In this document: positions 37,722 to 50,108 of the stretch, piece after piece | Numbering within the stretch: the stretch's first letter is position 1 | Layout: each line of letters begins with the position of its first letter | Assembly: GCF_021028975.2 (NCBI RefSeq) | Contig: NC_059429.1 | Span: forward strand, 70,990,001 to 71,054,000 | Length of the DNA: 64,000 nt | Source of the DNA: Sphaerodactylus townsendi | Lineage: Eukaryota | Reading direction: 5' to 3' | The notes under the pieces: generated by a model | What the model was told of the DNA's origin: nothing | Seen by the model: only the letters and a program-made list of their open reading frames with translations | Databases searched by the model: none | Made by a program: the position numbers and the translations under genes

Positions 37722-38614
37722 TAATAACTACTACATAGGCCTATATATGACTTTATTAAACTTTCTGATGCTTGCAAATTCTGTTTCACTTGTTGGAGTT
37801 ATTCTGAGTATAAAGCTATTAATTCATAATTTTTTCTTCAAGGCTGAAAAGTATAAATTAAAACAGTGAAAAAAACTTTGCAGGTGTACACAAGAACCTA
37901 AAGGCCTGTGTCAGAACCTTACAAACAGTGATTTAGAGTTAAAATCCATAACAATATTTTTAAATCGTCTTGCTTTTAGTCCTGTACTTCAGCACAAGCT
38001 TTAGGAATTTTGCATTGGGACTTTTTCCAAAGGTAACAATTCTAATTTAATAACAAATGCTACTTCATGAGAAAGTTACCGGTAGCTTGTTTGACACCCT
38101 AGTCATAGATCTCAGGGTAAATAGAGTTTGTGTGTGTGGTTTAAATGGCTTGATTTGTTGTTATGCCTTCTGTGCTAAACATTTTCATTAGCTGAATGCT
38201 TACTGTTGCTGGGAAAAATAAATCAGGAAGCTTTGAAGAGCTACTTATCCAGTTTATGGAAATATTTTAGAAATATTTCATGGGATTGGGAACTATTCAG
38301 GCAGGGCATAACTTTCTACTTCATGCAGGGTTGTTTATGTGGTGAATCCCTGTTGGCAGGCATCTGTTGAGCTTCTAACGCCCGAGTACTTCTGCATTAT
38401 ACTTGATACTACTGCTGGCAGTTTGCAGCATGTAATAGACTCTTAAGCCTTCAGGTGCTGAGCAGTTACTTGTTTGCAATAACTTCATAGCCCCCCTAAG
38501 GAGGCGGCATCTTCAGTTTAGCATTTAGAGGTAGGAATGAAGGTTAGGTAAGAATCAAGGTTAGGTTTACATGATAATTATTGCCCTTCAGTGAAAGCAT
38601 GAATTTCATTTCAG

Positions 38615-38724
38615 AATGTTGACCCTTCTGATAAGAATCCTATTCAATTTAATTTGACTTCTGAAAATAAAAATGCAGAAATTGAATTCTTTAGCAAAAT
38701 CTCCAAGGAGGATTCCATTAGGTG
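38615..38724 (+). CDS. STIL: STIL exon 10
   Basis: 110 bp, AG acceptor and GTAAGT donor; [36 protein letters not shown]. Confidence 0.93.
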
Positions 38725-39890
38725 GTAAGTATTTTTCATGTGTTTATGCATGCAGCATACCCCTTGTGTCTATTATTATGTTGTATCTTCCAGGAAATCT
38801 TTTATCTTCTGCAATAGGTACACGCCTTCAACAGGAAATGCTAGTATTTACAATACTGGGTGAAAGTATATGTACCCACTTCGAGCTATTTCTAGTGCAT
38901 GATATTTTTGCAATAGAATCCTGAGCACAGTCACAACCTACATTGCTGAGGATGATACTACTATCGTGTTAAATATAGGTGTAAAATAGGAAGTAAGCAA
39001 ATAAAGAGAACTTTTTTAGGTTCTTCAGAATTTCAAGGTGGGAACTTCCAGGTGATGTCATTAAATGTATGGTATAATAACATGTATATGTACTCGTTTC
39101 CAAAGAAACAAACAATAAAATCATGTTTACCATATTGGTTGACAAATCTATACCCTAGATAGCATAAGGGAACAAGTTTTCCTTCTGATATGTACAATGA
39201 AAGGCCATAATTAAAACATACTTTCTCAAAGTCGTATCAGCTGATAAGGTGGAAGGTTTCAAGTGCAGCTAGATGAAACTTATTTAGAAATAATACATCT
39301 TACCAGGAACAATCAGCTGTTTTTTGATTAAATTCAAAAATGTTTAGGACAATACAATATTGTTTATTAAATTGAATATTTGATGTAGTTTCTATGATTT
39401 GTATCCTATTGAACTTTCCCCCTGAAATTTTGTTTCTCAAGGCCTCTTATGAACAACTTAAGGGAAAGAGTATAGGTGAGGATTTGGGAAACTGCTCCTC
39501 CAATGGCAGAAATCATTGTTAGTTGCAGTATGATTCTAGTGTATAACTTTTGCATAATTTAATGTGTCATATTAATGCCTATACCTCCAGCTCTGTTTTC
39601 AGATTTCTGCAATCCAAACCTTATTTCTTTATTTTGGGGTACCCCATCCTGTTAACTGTATTTGATCTACACTATGTAATCTGCCTCAGTGAGAAAAGTG
39701 GGTTATAAACAACTTAAATAAACAAAAAAATCTCATTTGTAGTCAAAAGCAGATGGTGGTACAAACCAATATGCCTACCTCTGAATGTGGTGGGACATAT
39801 CAAAATAGATATGGCAAATTTGATAAAGGTTTCATGTTAAATGCATTGGTGAAATTATAGATTTTACGTGTAATAAAATTGTACTCTTAG

Positions 39891-40002
39891 CCCCAATCAG
39901 GGATCCTCACCAAGCAAACTGTCTGTTTGTGATCATGACTCTGGCGTAGAAGATGATGCATCTCCTAGGCCACTCCCCCGTCCTCACCCAAAGTTTCAAC
40001 AG
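39891..40002 (+). CDS. STIL: STIL exon 11 (DSG degron and CPAP-binding PRxxPxP)
   Basis: 112 bp AG/GT; PNQGSSPSKLSVCDHDSGVEDDASPRPLPRPHPKFQQ. Confidence 0.93.
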
Positions 40003-40892
40003 GTAACTACTGTGCTTCTTATTTCGTTTTTTCAGAGAAAATGCATTCTGCGCTTCTATATTTTTGTCGGGTAGAAATATTAAATGCCAATATTCTTCAT
40101 TGGTACCAGGCTGGTGTTATTTCACACTGTACCACTAGGCTGTACCACAGTCATATTAACCCTTTATCACCACAACCATATTTTTCAGTTCAGTTTTTTA
40201 AAAAAACAAATCTTTTAGAAGGTTGCAACATCCACCATGCAGACACAAGCAGAACTAAACCAGTTCCCAATTATTAATTTTGACATAAGAGGATTATTAA
40301 TTTTAAACATAAAAGGAGGTAGCAGAAATAGCAGGTGAGCTTTTTAACAGATGCCTATTTTCAAGTGTTTTTTTTATTTTTGCTCAGCAACACTATGCTG
40401 AGATTAATTCTGATTTTTCCCATTTCTCATAAACCTAAGCTAAATATAAAATACATTACTTCTAATTGTAATTAATACCTATGTTATCATGTTTTTATTC
40501 ATAAGGGCCATTGCACAATAGGGCAAATTTAGTGCAGTATTTCCTGGATTAGATTTTTCCATGCCATTGTCCTTATTCTAAGGCAAAGCTCTGTATTCCA
40601 GTTCTGAACTGTTGCACTAGTGTGTGATTCTACAGCAGTTTTCTGTAGTGGTTAAGTTGTCAGATTAGGGCCTTAAAGACTTGGGTGCACCTTCACACTT
40701 CACCGTCTATCTTACTGGAGGACCTTGGTCAAGTACTCTCAGTCTTACCTACATCCCAAAATGGTTGTTAAGATATAGTGGTGAAAATAATTGTGTACTA
40801 CACTAATTTTCTTGGAGGATGAGTGGGATAAAAATAGATACACCATCAAAATTTAACAAAGCGCTTTGATTGTAATATGTCTTTATTTCTAG

Positions 40893-41933
40893 ATTACAGA
40901 GATCCAGCCTTCAGTCCCTGAACTATCTGTTGTATTTGATGGCAACTTCATAGAATCTGTACCAGTATCCAAACATGTCTTGACTGTGGATAAAACAAAT
41001 CTACATGTATATCAGCCACCTAAGAAAGTATGTCCTGTAGGTCAACCATCCTGCCAAATGCAAAGCTCTGATCGCAAGAAGCAAAGCTGTGCCAGAGAGT
41101 CTTCTCCAAGGCAATTATCTAGCCAGTTAAATCAAAGAATGCCAGTTCTTATACCTTGCAGCAGAGTACAGATACCATTTCAACAGCAGCCCAGCAGTGG
41201 TGCAGCTGGATATCAAGCAAGAAAGAGCTTTGGGTCTTCCTCACCCTCCTCTTCACCTTCAACACCTTGTAGTGGATCCTCTCCAAATACATCTGCACAT
41301 CAACTTGGAACACCTGCTGAAAAACTGTTTGCAAAAAATGATGCCGTGCAAAGGAAAGAGGAACTTTCTTTAAGTGGACCTTTGGTACCTAATTCAATTC
41401 AGTCCCCTATACCTTCTCAGCCTCCTTGGCACAATTGTGCTTGGTCACCTCCAAACCTAAGGCCAGTAGAGTTTCGGATACCAGTTCAAGGTCCAACTTG
41501 CTGTTCTTCCTGCGCCTGCAGCTGTCAGTTACATGGTCATATGCAATACAATCCATCTAATATATTGCAAGGGATATGTAACATGGGCCCCAGTCAGACA
41601 TCTGAAATCCAGACAAATGTTGCTCAGGAGAGGACACAATTGATATTTCATCAGAATGTAGAATCTATAAATGGGGGATGCAATCCAACATGTCCCTCAA
41701 GTAGTCCTATAAACCTTGGCAACTATGAAATAATCGGAAACTGCTCTCCCCTTGCTGGGGATGTGTCCTCTACAGCAACCATTTCCCCTCCTGCAGACCA
41801 TGCAGTGTGTTCTACTTGTATGCACACTCCTTCACCCAGAATAGGATTAGATAACGGAATTATGGGATTATCTCCCGATGTTTACAGAATTCTTACAGAA
41901 CAAGATCGGCAGCTCAAGCTTCTGCAAGCTCAG
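40893..41933 (+). CDS. STIL: STIL exon 12 (large exon; start of the PLK4-binding coiled coil)
   Basis: 1041 bp open, AG/GT; begins ITEIQPSVPELSVVFDGNFIES and ends GLSPDVYRILTEQDRQLKLLQAQ. Confidence 0.95.
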
Positions 41934-42498
41934 GTTTGTTTGGTACTTGATCTCTGTCTTACCCATAATGTTAGAGTTTATTGAGTGTGGTTGACTGGAC
42001 TATAACCTTTTATTGAATGTATGATGCTTTTAAACTAGAACTTCATGATTCTGTGTACTTTCGCCAATGTTCACTTTCTATTAAGACAAGTAGGAAGGGG
42101 AGGAATATATAGTGATTAATGCTATCTTTCCAAATACATTCGCATGGTAAATAGCTATTCCTTCTGAATTGCTAATGCTGGCATGTTTATTGGTCAATTT
42201 AATGAGCCATTAACTTGCTTGGAATGGACATCAGCACTGAGTGAAAGCCTGCTAGATTTTAATTAATTAGCCTTACGACTGTAATAGCAGTATCTGTGTA
42301 CTGTTCTATGTACTACAATTCCCTGTATTAAATTCTTTCTTAAAGAGAGCTTAAAAGAAGATTTTTTCTCATTTCAAGGAAAGAATAGTCATGCATACGA
42401 AAGGCAATTTGTTGACAGTTTATATTTATTGCGTTAATTGCTTCTTCCACTTTTATTATCTCTGCAATATAATTAACACTGATCTTGCATGGTTACAG

Positions 42499-42661
42499 AT
42501 TCAGCGGCTTTTAGAAGCACAGACTCTTCAGCACTGTTCAACTAAGACTACAGCCAGCAATAGCATACAGTCTGAGAAGCAACTAGAATTTGTTACCATG
42601 GAAACTCGATCTTCCCTAGGGTTACAAGTGAAAAAAAGTGTCAGTATTGCAGTGAGCACAG
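42499..42661 (+). CDS. STIL: STIL exon 13
   Basis: 163 bp AG/GT; IQRLLEAQ...KKSVSIAVST(G). Confidence 0.94.
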
Positions 42662-43328
42662 GTAATGGTTTATTGTACACCTTCTGTAATTGACAGACAT
42701 TGATAGTGTAGAAACACCAGACAGTGGAGCCAGGCATTTTGATTTAACTGTTTTTGTAGTCTGCTGTGCTATTTCCTATTTGAGCTGTGGCCCAGCAGAA
42801 AGCTTTGCTGTCAATCATAGCTCCTGTGCCTGGTCTAGTTCAGTGGCAACATCCTCAGACCCTTTGACAGTTTCTGTCTCAAGGTAAATTTTCTTGTTTC
42901 AAATTCTGCTGAAAAGGACAGAATTTCAATTATTTGAATGCTGCAAGTCTGCAGAAAAATTAGCATGTTGAGTTGGTTTTGTTAATTGGTGAGCAAAACA
43001 TATTTTCAAAAACAAAATGTCTTCTTAAAACTGCAGTATCTCACCTATGCAACACATCTTACCTTGCCAATGAGAAACTTATAACAGGATCATAGCATGC
43101 AAAAATTGCATTTGAACGTAAAGCATTTGTTCCAGTGTCTTGAATTAAGATTCAGAGTTGATATTGTAAGGTGACCTATGCACAGTGCATTGCCCAATCA
43201 TGCTGTTCAACTGCCCAAAATAATGCTAGTATTGTCAGTTCCACTTGTTTAAAACTAACAATAATCTGGTGGCTAAGTACCTAGTATAAATCAAATTAAA
43301 GTTGCTTCTGTTTGATTTCTTTGTTTAG

Positions 43329-43551
43329 GTGCTAGTTTGTTCTTGAATACCCCCTTAGAAGGAAGCGAAAGGCCTACAAAACAGGAGGATGGTGAAATTT
43401 CTAATGAAGACATTCATATTTCTATGAACACAGAGAAAGATAGGAGTCAAGCAAGTATTGCTTCATCATTAGAAGCTGTTGACATACCCAGCTTTGTAGA
43501 CAGTATTCATGTTGCTGAAGAAGGATCTGGTGAATCCACTGGGGGCCTCTG
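43329..43551 (+). CDS. STIL: STIL exon 14
   Basis: 223 bp AG/GT; ASLFLNTP...SIASSLEAVDIPSF...; phase consistent with neighbours. Confidence 0.9.
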
Positions 43552-45119
43552 GTAAATTTTTAGATTGGAGCATACTCTTGATGTTCTTAATTTTGATTAT
43601 CTCTTGTTCTATCATGTGAAAACTGAATTGTGCAGTATTTAGGGTGGCATTATAACTCCATCTTTTTTTGTCTCTTCCTTCCCACCTCCCCCATACTTTC
43701 AACAATATATTTGTAAAGAGGGTAACTGCTGAGTAGATTGGTCCAAAGTGGGTTTGGGGAACGATCAGTGAACAGCCACTTCTGGGAGGTGCATAGATAT
43801 ACTACAATAGTGGGGAAACAAGAGAGGAGAAACAAGCGTGCTTCCCAACAACACTGAACCCAGGACAAATATCTTAGAAGTGGCCTAGGTCTTTAGAGTT
43901 TACGGAGGGAATAATAAAATTCCCTCACCTGTACCATATGTGCTAACCAACTCTGCATGCCATTGTAGTCTTTCCAGTGGGGTGAAACAGCACAAGCATC
44001 AATCAGTAGCCACTATCATTGCCCTTATGTGTAATTTGCTTGCTCATCCTATGGGACTGAAAATTGTAAGAATAAGCATACATTATTACATCAGCCTGAT
44101 GTTGCAATCAAGGGCAGTTTTGAGATCTCAGATTATATAGAAAGCAAGATTCATGGACATGTGATAACTGCAATTTTAAATAAGTGGTCTTTGGATAATA
44201 CTTGAGTCCCAGTTGCCCAAGTGACTTTAGGAAAGCTTAGCTTACATATTTTTGCTGAGAATGATGAAAAATCACCTTTCCAGCAGCAATTGATAACCTG
44301 TATTGACTAACTGGCACAGTACATGATTTAAATCTTATCTCTTTCAACATACGCAATTGATTGCCTTGAGCACCAGAATTTCGTAGCCTACATTTTTTAG
44401 GGGTCATTCTGTGACTTGTCTGACACTTCACCATTTATTACCCAATTCTCTAGCTTTACATTGTGTGTGTGTTTCAGATATACTTTAAGCTTTATTTCTG
44501 AGAGGCTGGGCATAGTTTAGTGCAGAATAATTGCACAGTTGTTGTCCACTTGATTGCATAGTTCCAGACTTCTTCCCTCAAGAAAGCGTTTGGGGGATGA
44601 TACTTTCTTCCACAGCAATATATTATTGCTCTTTTTCCCAACTAGTTGTGTGAAATCATGAGCATCTATTACACAGTGCCAGTTGCACTGTTGTTCTCCT
44701 GATGCCCTTGCCATTATTTATGTTTGAACAACAGCCCTTAATCTACAGAGAGAGAGAGAGCTGCTGGGAGCTGAAACTTAATCATTCAGGAAATACACTG
44801 TTTAGAAATGTATTCTTTGACCCAAAGGCCAGAACACTCAGGTGTGATGTGAAGCCCCATTTGTTGAACTGCCAACACCTAGAGAGTTACCCTTTTCAGC
44901 TACTTTTTGGAAGGACCTGCTATTAGTGTGCATGCATAGAGAGGAATGGCACCATCTGTTTGCTTATTTTATGACTTATGCTTAGAGGAACAGCAGAACA
45001 GCAAGGTGGTAAAGGTGGTGGAAAATAGTAAGGGTTATATCCTACAAACACCCAACAGAACCCAGATTTGTGGCTCTAGGTCTGCCAATACCAGCCTGCC
45101 GCTTTAACAGTGGCATATA

Positions 45120-45662
45120 TATGTGTGTCAAGTGTCATCAAGTCGCTTCTGACTCATGGTGACCCTATGAATCAACGTCCTCCAAAATGTCCTACCGTTA
45201 ACAGCCTTGCTCAGGTCTTACAAACTGAGGGCTATGGCTTCCTTTATAAGATCAAGTTAATTCATGCCATAGTGTTCCCTATTACTATAGATGGGTCTAA
45301 AAGCTGGACAGTGAAGGAATCTGACAGGAAGAAAGTTGATTCCTTTGAAATGTGGTGATGAAGGAGAGTGTTATGGATGCCGTGGACAAATAAGTGGGTT
45401 CTAGATCAAATCAAGTCTGAACGTCTCTAGAAGCTAAAATAACTAAACTGAGGCTGTCATACTTGTGTCGCATTGCGAGAAGAGCTGAGTCACTGGAAAA
45501 GTCAACAATGCTAAGAAAAGTGGAAGACAGCAGGAAATGTGAGATGGACTGACGTTAAAGGAAGTCACAACCCTCAGTTTGCAAAATCTGAGTTAGGCTG
45601 TTAATGATAGGATGTTTTTGAGGACATTGATTCAAAAGTGACTTGGCGGCACTTAACACACA
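45120..45662. mobile_element. RTE (BovB-like) LINE 3' fragments in head-to-head inverted arrangement
   Basis: Plus strand IVFPIT..SWTVKESDRKKVDSFEMW...; 45120-45245 is a diverged reverse-complement copy of the 3' end at 45560-45662. Confidence 0.7.
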
Positions 45663-45876
45663 TACGTGCAATGCATACACAGTGCAGAGGCTGTTGTCCT
45701 GTTTGATTTTAAGAATTCTTCATGTCAGTTAAAATTATTAAAGCTGTATTTTTAACAGTTGCTTTACAGCACATTCCTAGACAATTAATTGTTTAGCAAA
45801 AATGAACTCAGAAAAGTAATGATATATGTTGAATAACTAAAAAACAAACACACAACTTAAAATTGTAGCATTCTTT

Positions 45877-48726
45877 TTCTATCTGTGAAGGGAAGGGCAT
45901 CTTCAGATTATGGGTTACTCCCGCCCATTCCTCAAGGAGGCAGGATTAAATTTACACTAATTGGTCCTCTGTTGGCCCTTAGAGCTCAGTTTAGTTCCTG
46001 CCTTGGGAGGGAGAGTAGCTCATAGAGAGACTCTGGCTTCTCGTCAGTGTTTTTGATCTTTTCAAACCCTTTCTCCTCTTTTCCTAGCCTTTTCTGTTCT
46101 CTGTCTGTCTAGGACTACTCATCCCTGCTGTCTTCCTTTCTCTCCTTCCTCAACCTGCCCAGGAACAACACAGATCAGCAAAGACCTTTGGCCCCATCTA
46201 GGGGATCCTTCCAGTGAGGATCTTGATTCAACAGGCCCAACCAGTTCCTGTTCTTCCGGCCCAAGAAGATAGATTGGACCATGAAAAAAAGCAGTGATGC
46301 CATACCAGGTCAGATTGGGAGCAGCTTCTGGGGTATACGCTTTTTTTTAATGATCCCCAAGCGAAATGGGGACTGGCGTACCATTTTGGACGTTAAGTTT
46401 GAACAGACATGTGGTCCAAAAGAGATTATGGATGAAGTTGTTGAGGTTCCTCACAGAAGCCCTGACAATCAGTGCTTTCATGACCATTACAGATCTACAG
46501 AGTCCTACCTCCACATTCTAATCCTCTGTGTCCATTGAAGATACCTCAGATTCTGCTATCATGGCCAACATTTGCTGTTTTGTGCCCCCCCCCTTTGGGC
46601 TGGCCTCTGCTCCCAGGGTCTTCTCTAAGATGCTTTTCCACCTGATGGCCCTGGCTCACTAGCAGGGCTTCTAACGTTCACCTAATGTAGCGCTTCCTGC
46701 ATCTGTTCCAGCTGGACATTGCCAACAGAAAATACAAGTCACTAACCCTGAACACAGAAGTCAGAGCCTAGACTGGTGGACCAATCCTGGCCACCTACTG
46801 ATGAGTCTCCCCTACGTAAAAAGGGATATTCTCTAAAACAGGATCTTCCAACCTGTTGGACTGGAGAGCAGGGCTGTTCCAAGTCATCGCAACTGCATTG
46901 GGAAACCATCAGCATCCTGGCTTTGGTAGAAAACCATCTTCTGTCTGTCTCAGCAGAGCACATTCAGGGATCCTGCAACGTCTTCGCGGACTGACTGAGC
47001 CAGAAGTCCGTAGACAAGAATGAGTGGTCCTTGCATCCCACGTTTTTTCTGCAAGCCATGAAGAGGTTCAGTCAGCCCTGGTGGAACTGTCAACCCAAAA
47101 ACCATGGAGGTTACCTCTGTATCCAGACCTCCGACTGACTCGTGTGGCAACCAGACCCTGACTGGTTCCATCTGACCACCTGGTTATTGAGAGGGGCATG
47201 TTAACAATTCTCAGTTACGACCCTGTAGTGATAAAGCACATAATTGCCTGCAGGAAACTTCTACACAACACATATACAACACCTCCTGGAAGGCCGTCTT
47301 CCAATGGTACCATTGTAAGAAGGCTGACAACCGGAATCCAGACCTTGGTGTCTTTTTCAGGATAGAATCAGGCAGAGCCTTAAAGTGTCCACCCTACATC
47401 GCCAGGTTACGGCCATTTTCATTTTTGAACCCATCATAGTTGGAATATTTACCTCTAAGCGCCTGCCCATCCTTGCTTTTCGCGAAGGGGTCAGTAGCAC
47501 CTCCCAGCAGTCCATAGATTCCTTGCTTGGAGGCTTAATGTGGTCCTGTCTGCTTTCACTAAGTACTGTTCAAGCCACTAAGGCGGGTAACACTCAAGTG
47601 GCTGAGGATGAAGGTGTTATTTCTTATTGCCATAGCATTGGCCATAAGAGTTTCTGAACTGGGGGCACTTTCATAAAGATAAGGTGATCCAGATGCCAGA
47701 CCCAACCTTCATCCCCAAAGTTAACTTACATTTTCATTGAAAACAAGAAATGCAGCTCCAAATCCTGAGCATCCTGATCCACCTTAGATGTTAGAGTTCT
47801 GCATATCTACTTGAAATGTACGGAACTATCAGGAAGACAGACTTACTTTTCATCTTTTTAATGGCACTGAATAAGGGCAAGAAGATGTTCTGGGTGGCCA
47901 TCAATTATACCATTGAACAGTGCATCATTTGCACATACCTGGCCAGCAAGCTCATGCATCTGGAGGGCATCACCACTCATTCCACCTGGAATGCAGCCAG
48001 GAACTACCAAGCCTCAGTGGAAGCAATCTGCAAATCAGCCACATGGGCATTCTCTCCACATTTGTAAGGCACTATATATTAAACTCCTGGGTATCATCAA
48101 TTCTGCCTTTGGTTGCAGAGTTCTGCAACAGGTGGTATAAAAACGATAGATCCTCCAGAAGTACTACAGAGGTACTGCTTGTGGATGTCCCATACTCTGA
48201 AGATGCCCTCGTCCTCAGAGAGAGAACAGAACTTTGGATACTCACCATGAAGGTTCCTTCTTCTCTGAGGTAAGGAGGGCATCTTGGCCCACCCAGAGCA
48301 ACTAAGTCTAAGAGAGGAAGACAGTGAGCTATACCGGATTCAGATCAACTACTGGACAGTCAACAACTATCCCCCCTCCCCCACAAAAAAGAGAAAAACA
48401 AAGAAGGGAACATACTTTGCTGTCTTTCAGCACAGTCCTCCTGTCCTTTCTTGGGGGTAGCTCTCCATCTGACTGTTCATTTTTTCTTGCAGTTACTTTG
48501 TTGTTTCTGCCTTCTATTCATTGTCAAGTTTTGTTGTTGTTGTTGTTTAATCAGCTATTCTTGCTTTGAAAGTTTTTAAATTGAGTTCTAAGGGCTAACA
48601 GAGGGCCAATAAGTGGAAATTTAGTCCTACCTCCCTGAGGAATGGGCAGGAATAACCCATACTCTGAAGATGTCCTTACCTCAGAGAAGAAGGAACCTTC
48701 ACGGTGAGTATCCAAAGTTCTGTTTT
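45877..48726 (+). mobile_element. degenerate DIRS1-type tyrosine-recombinase retrotransposon
   Basis: Inverted terminal repeats (~45885-45992 vs ~48579-48678); internal complementary region at 48190-48285 pairs with both ends; remnants of RT (IPKRNGDWRTILDV, PFGLASAPRVFSK), RNase H (HIQGSCNVFAD) and YR (ITTHST, ICKSATW, FVRHY). Confidence 0.9.
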
Positions 48727-48813
48727 GCCACAAAGATGATAAAAATGTAATTGATGCAAATAAATAGATAAAGCGTCAGTCCTGTGGTTACTTATTCCCT
48801 GTTCTTTTCCCAG

Positions 48814-49012
48814 TTCTAGCAGTGTAGCAGTTGCCAAAGGAATGACCCCAAGTTCTGTACTTAGTGAAAATGTTGGCGTGTGCTTACAAATAAGGCCATT
48901 GGAGGGAAATGATGACCATTTGGTAACCATTAATGAACAAAATGTTGAACATGCCATCTCATCCCAACCATGTGCACTTCCAGATGATCAGAAGTTTCAC
49001 CAGGACATTTTG
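48814..49012 (+). CDS. STIL: STIL exon 15
   Basis: 199 bp, polypyrimidine-CAG acceptor and GTAAG donor; ...VLSENVGVCLQ...PDDQKFHQDIL. Confidence 0.88.
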
Positions 49013-49673
49013 GTAAGCTTTCATAGCATAATCTTATTTCACACTTCTTACAGCATCTTTCTGGAAAATTAATTTTTCTGTCAAAAGATAATGCCTTTTT
49101 CATTCAATAAACTGTGTCCCATTGTCCAGTAGATTAAGTCTTATGTTTTCTTTAAAGGTCCTGCTTGTGTTTATAATTCCATAATTTTTCACATCTTACA
49201 TGATTCATCCTTTCTAGTACTGTATGCCATAGCAGTAATCTAGGATTTCATTGATCTCTAAATTTTTAAATGATCAGATTATTTCAAAATTCAGAATAAT
49301 TTTTTTAAATAATTAATTTTGTCAATTTGTGCAAAAAGAATTGTGCTAATGAGCACAGGTTCATTTCAAACTTGTTGAGGCATAAGTGGTACTTTGACTT
49401 TCCTCAGTCTGATTTGTAGAGTAGATAACCCAGTAGCTCGTTTTAAGCAGATGCCGCAGAGTTACTGTGATGCTGATAGAGGCTTGCATTACAGTAACTA
49501 CAGTGGCATTGTGTCTTAGGCATTTGATTCTGATTCTTCTGCTACAGTTAGATACTTGCACAAACTTGTGCTTCTAAGAAGGCAAAGGCATATTTCAGAT
49601 ACAGCACTTGATTACAAAAATTGCTTTCTGACATCCTAGAGTCCTTTGGGGATTGAGCAGTATACCAAATTCA

Positions 49674-49787
49674 AATAATAATAATACTAATAATAATAAT
49701 AATTAATAATAATTAATAATAATTAATAATAATTAATAATAATTAATAATAATAATAGACTTACCAAATAATAATAGACTTACCAAA
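49674..49787 (+). repeat. (AAT)n/(AATTAATAAT)n simple repeat with a short tandem duplication
   Basis: Visible directly; AATAATAGACTTACCAAA occurs twice. Confidence 0.9.
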
Positions 49788-49851
49788 GTTGTAACATGAA
49801 GTACATTCAAATATGTTTTCTGGTTTTGTTTTGTTTTTGGTAATTTCTTAG

Positions 49852-50108
49852 GGTCAAGTAAAACACTTCTGGAAGGAATCTTCTGAAGAAATTAGTTTTT
49901 GTGTTACAAAGAAAGATCAGATTTGCAATGGAAGTACTGCATCCTCAAGAACAAGCAAGACAAAGAGTAGAAGTACAGCACCAAACCCAGACCTGAATGA
50001 TAAAGATAGTGTACTCAATTCCACACTGAAGCAATTAAAGAACCTTGGAGTTAATTTTGACTTTCCTGACAAGATGATGAAAAATGTACACAAAGTAGAG
50101 AATGCCAG
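49852..50108 (+). CDS. STIL: STIL exon 16
   Basis: 257 bp AG/GT; GQVKHFW...DSVLNSTLKQLKNLGV...HKVENA(S). Confidence 0.92.
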
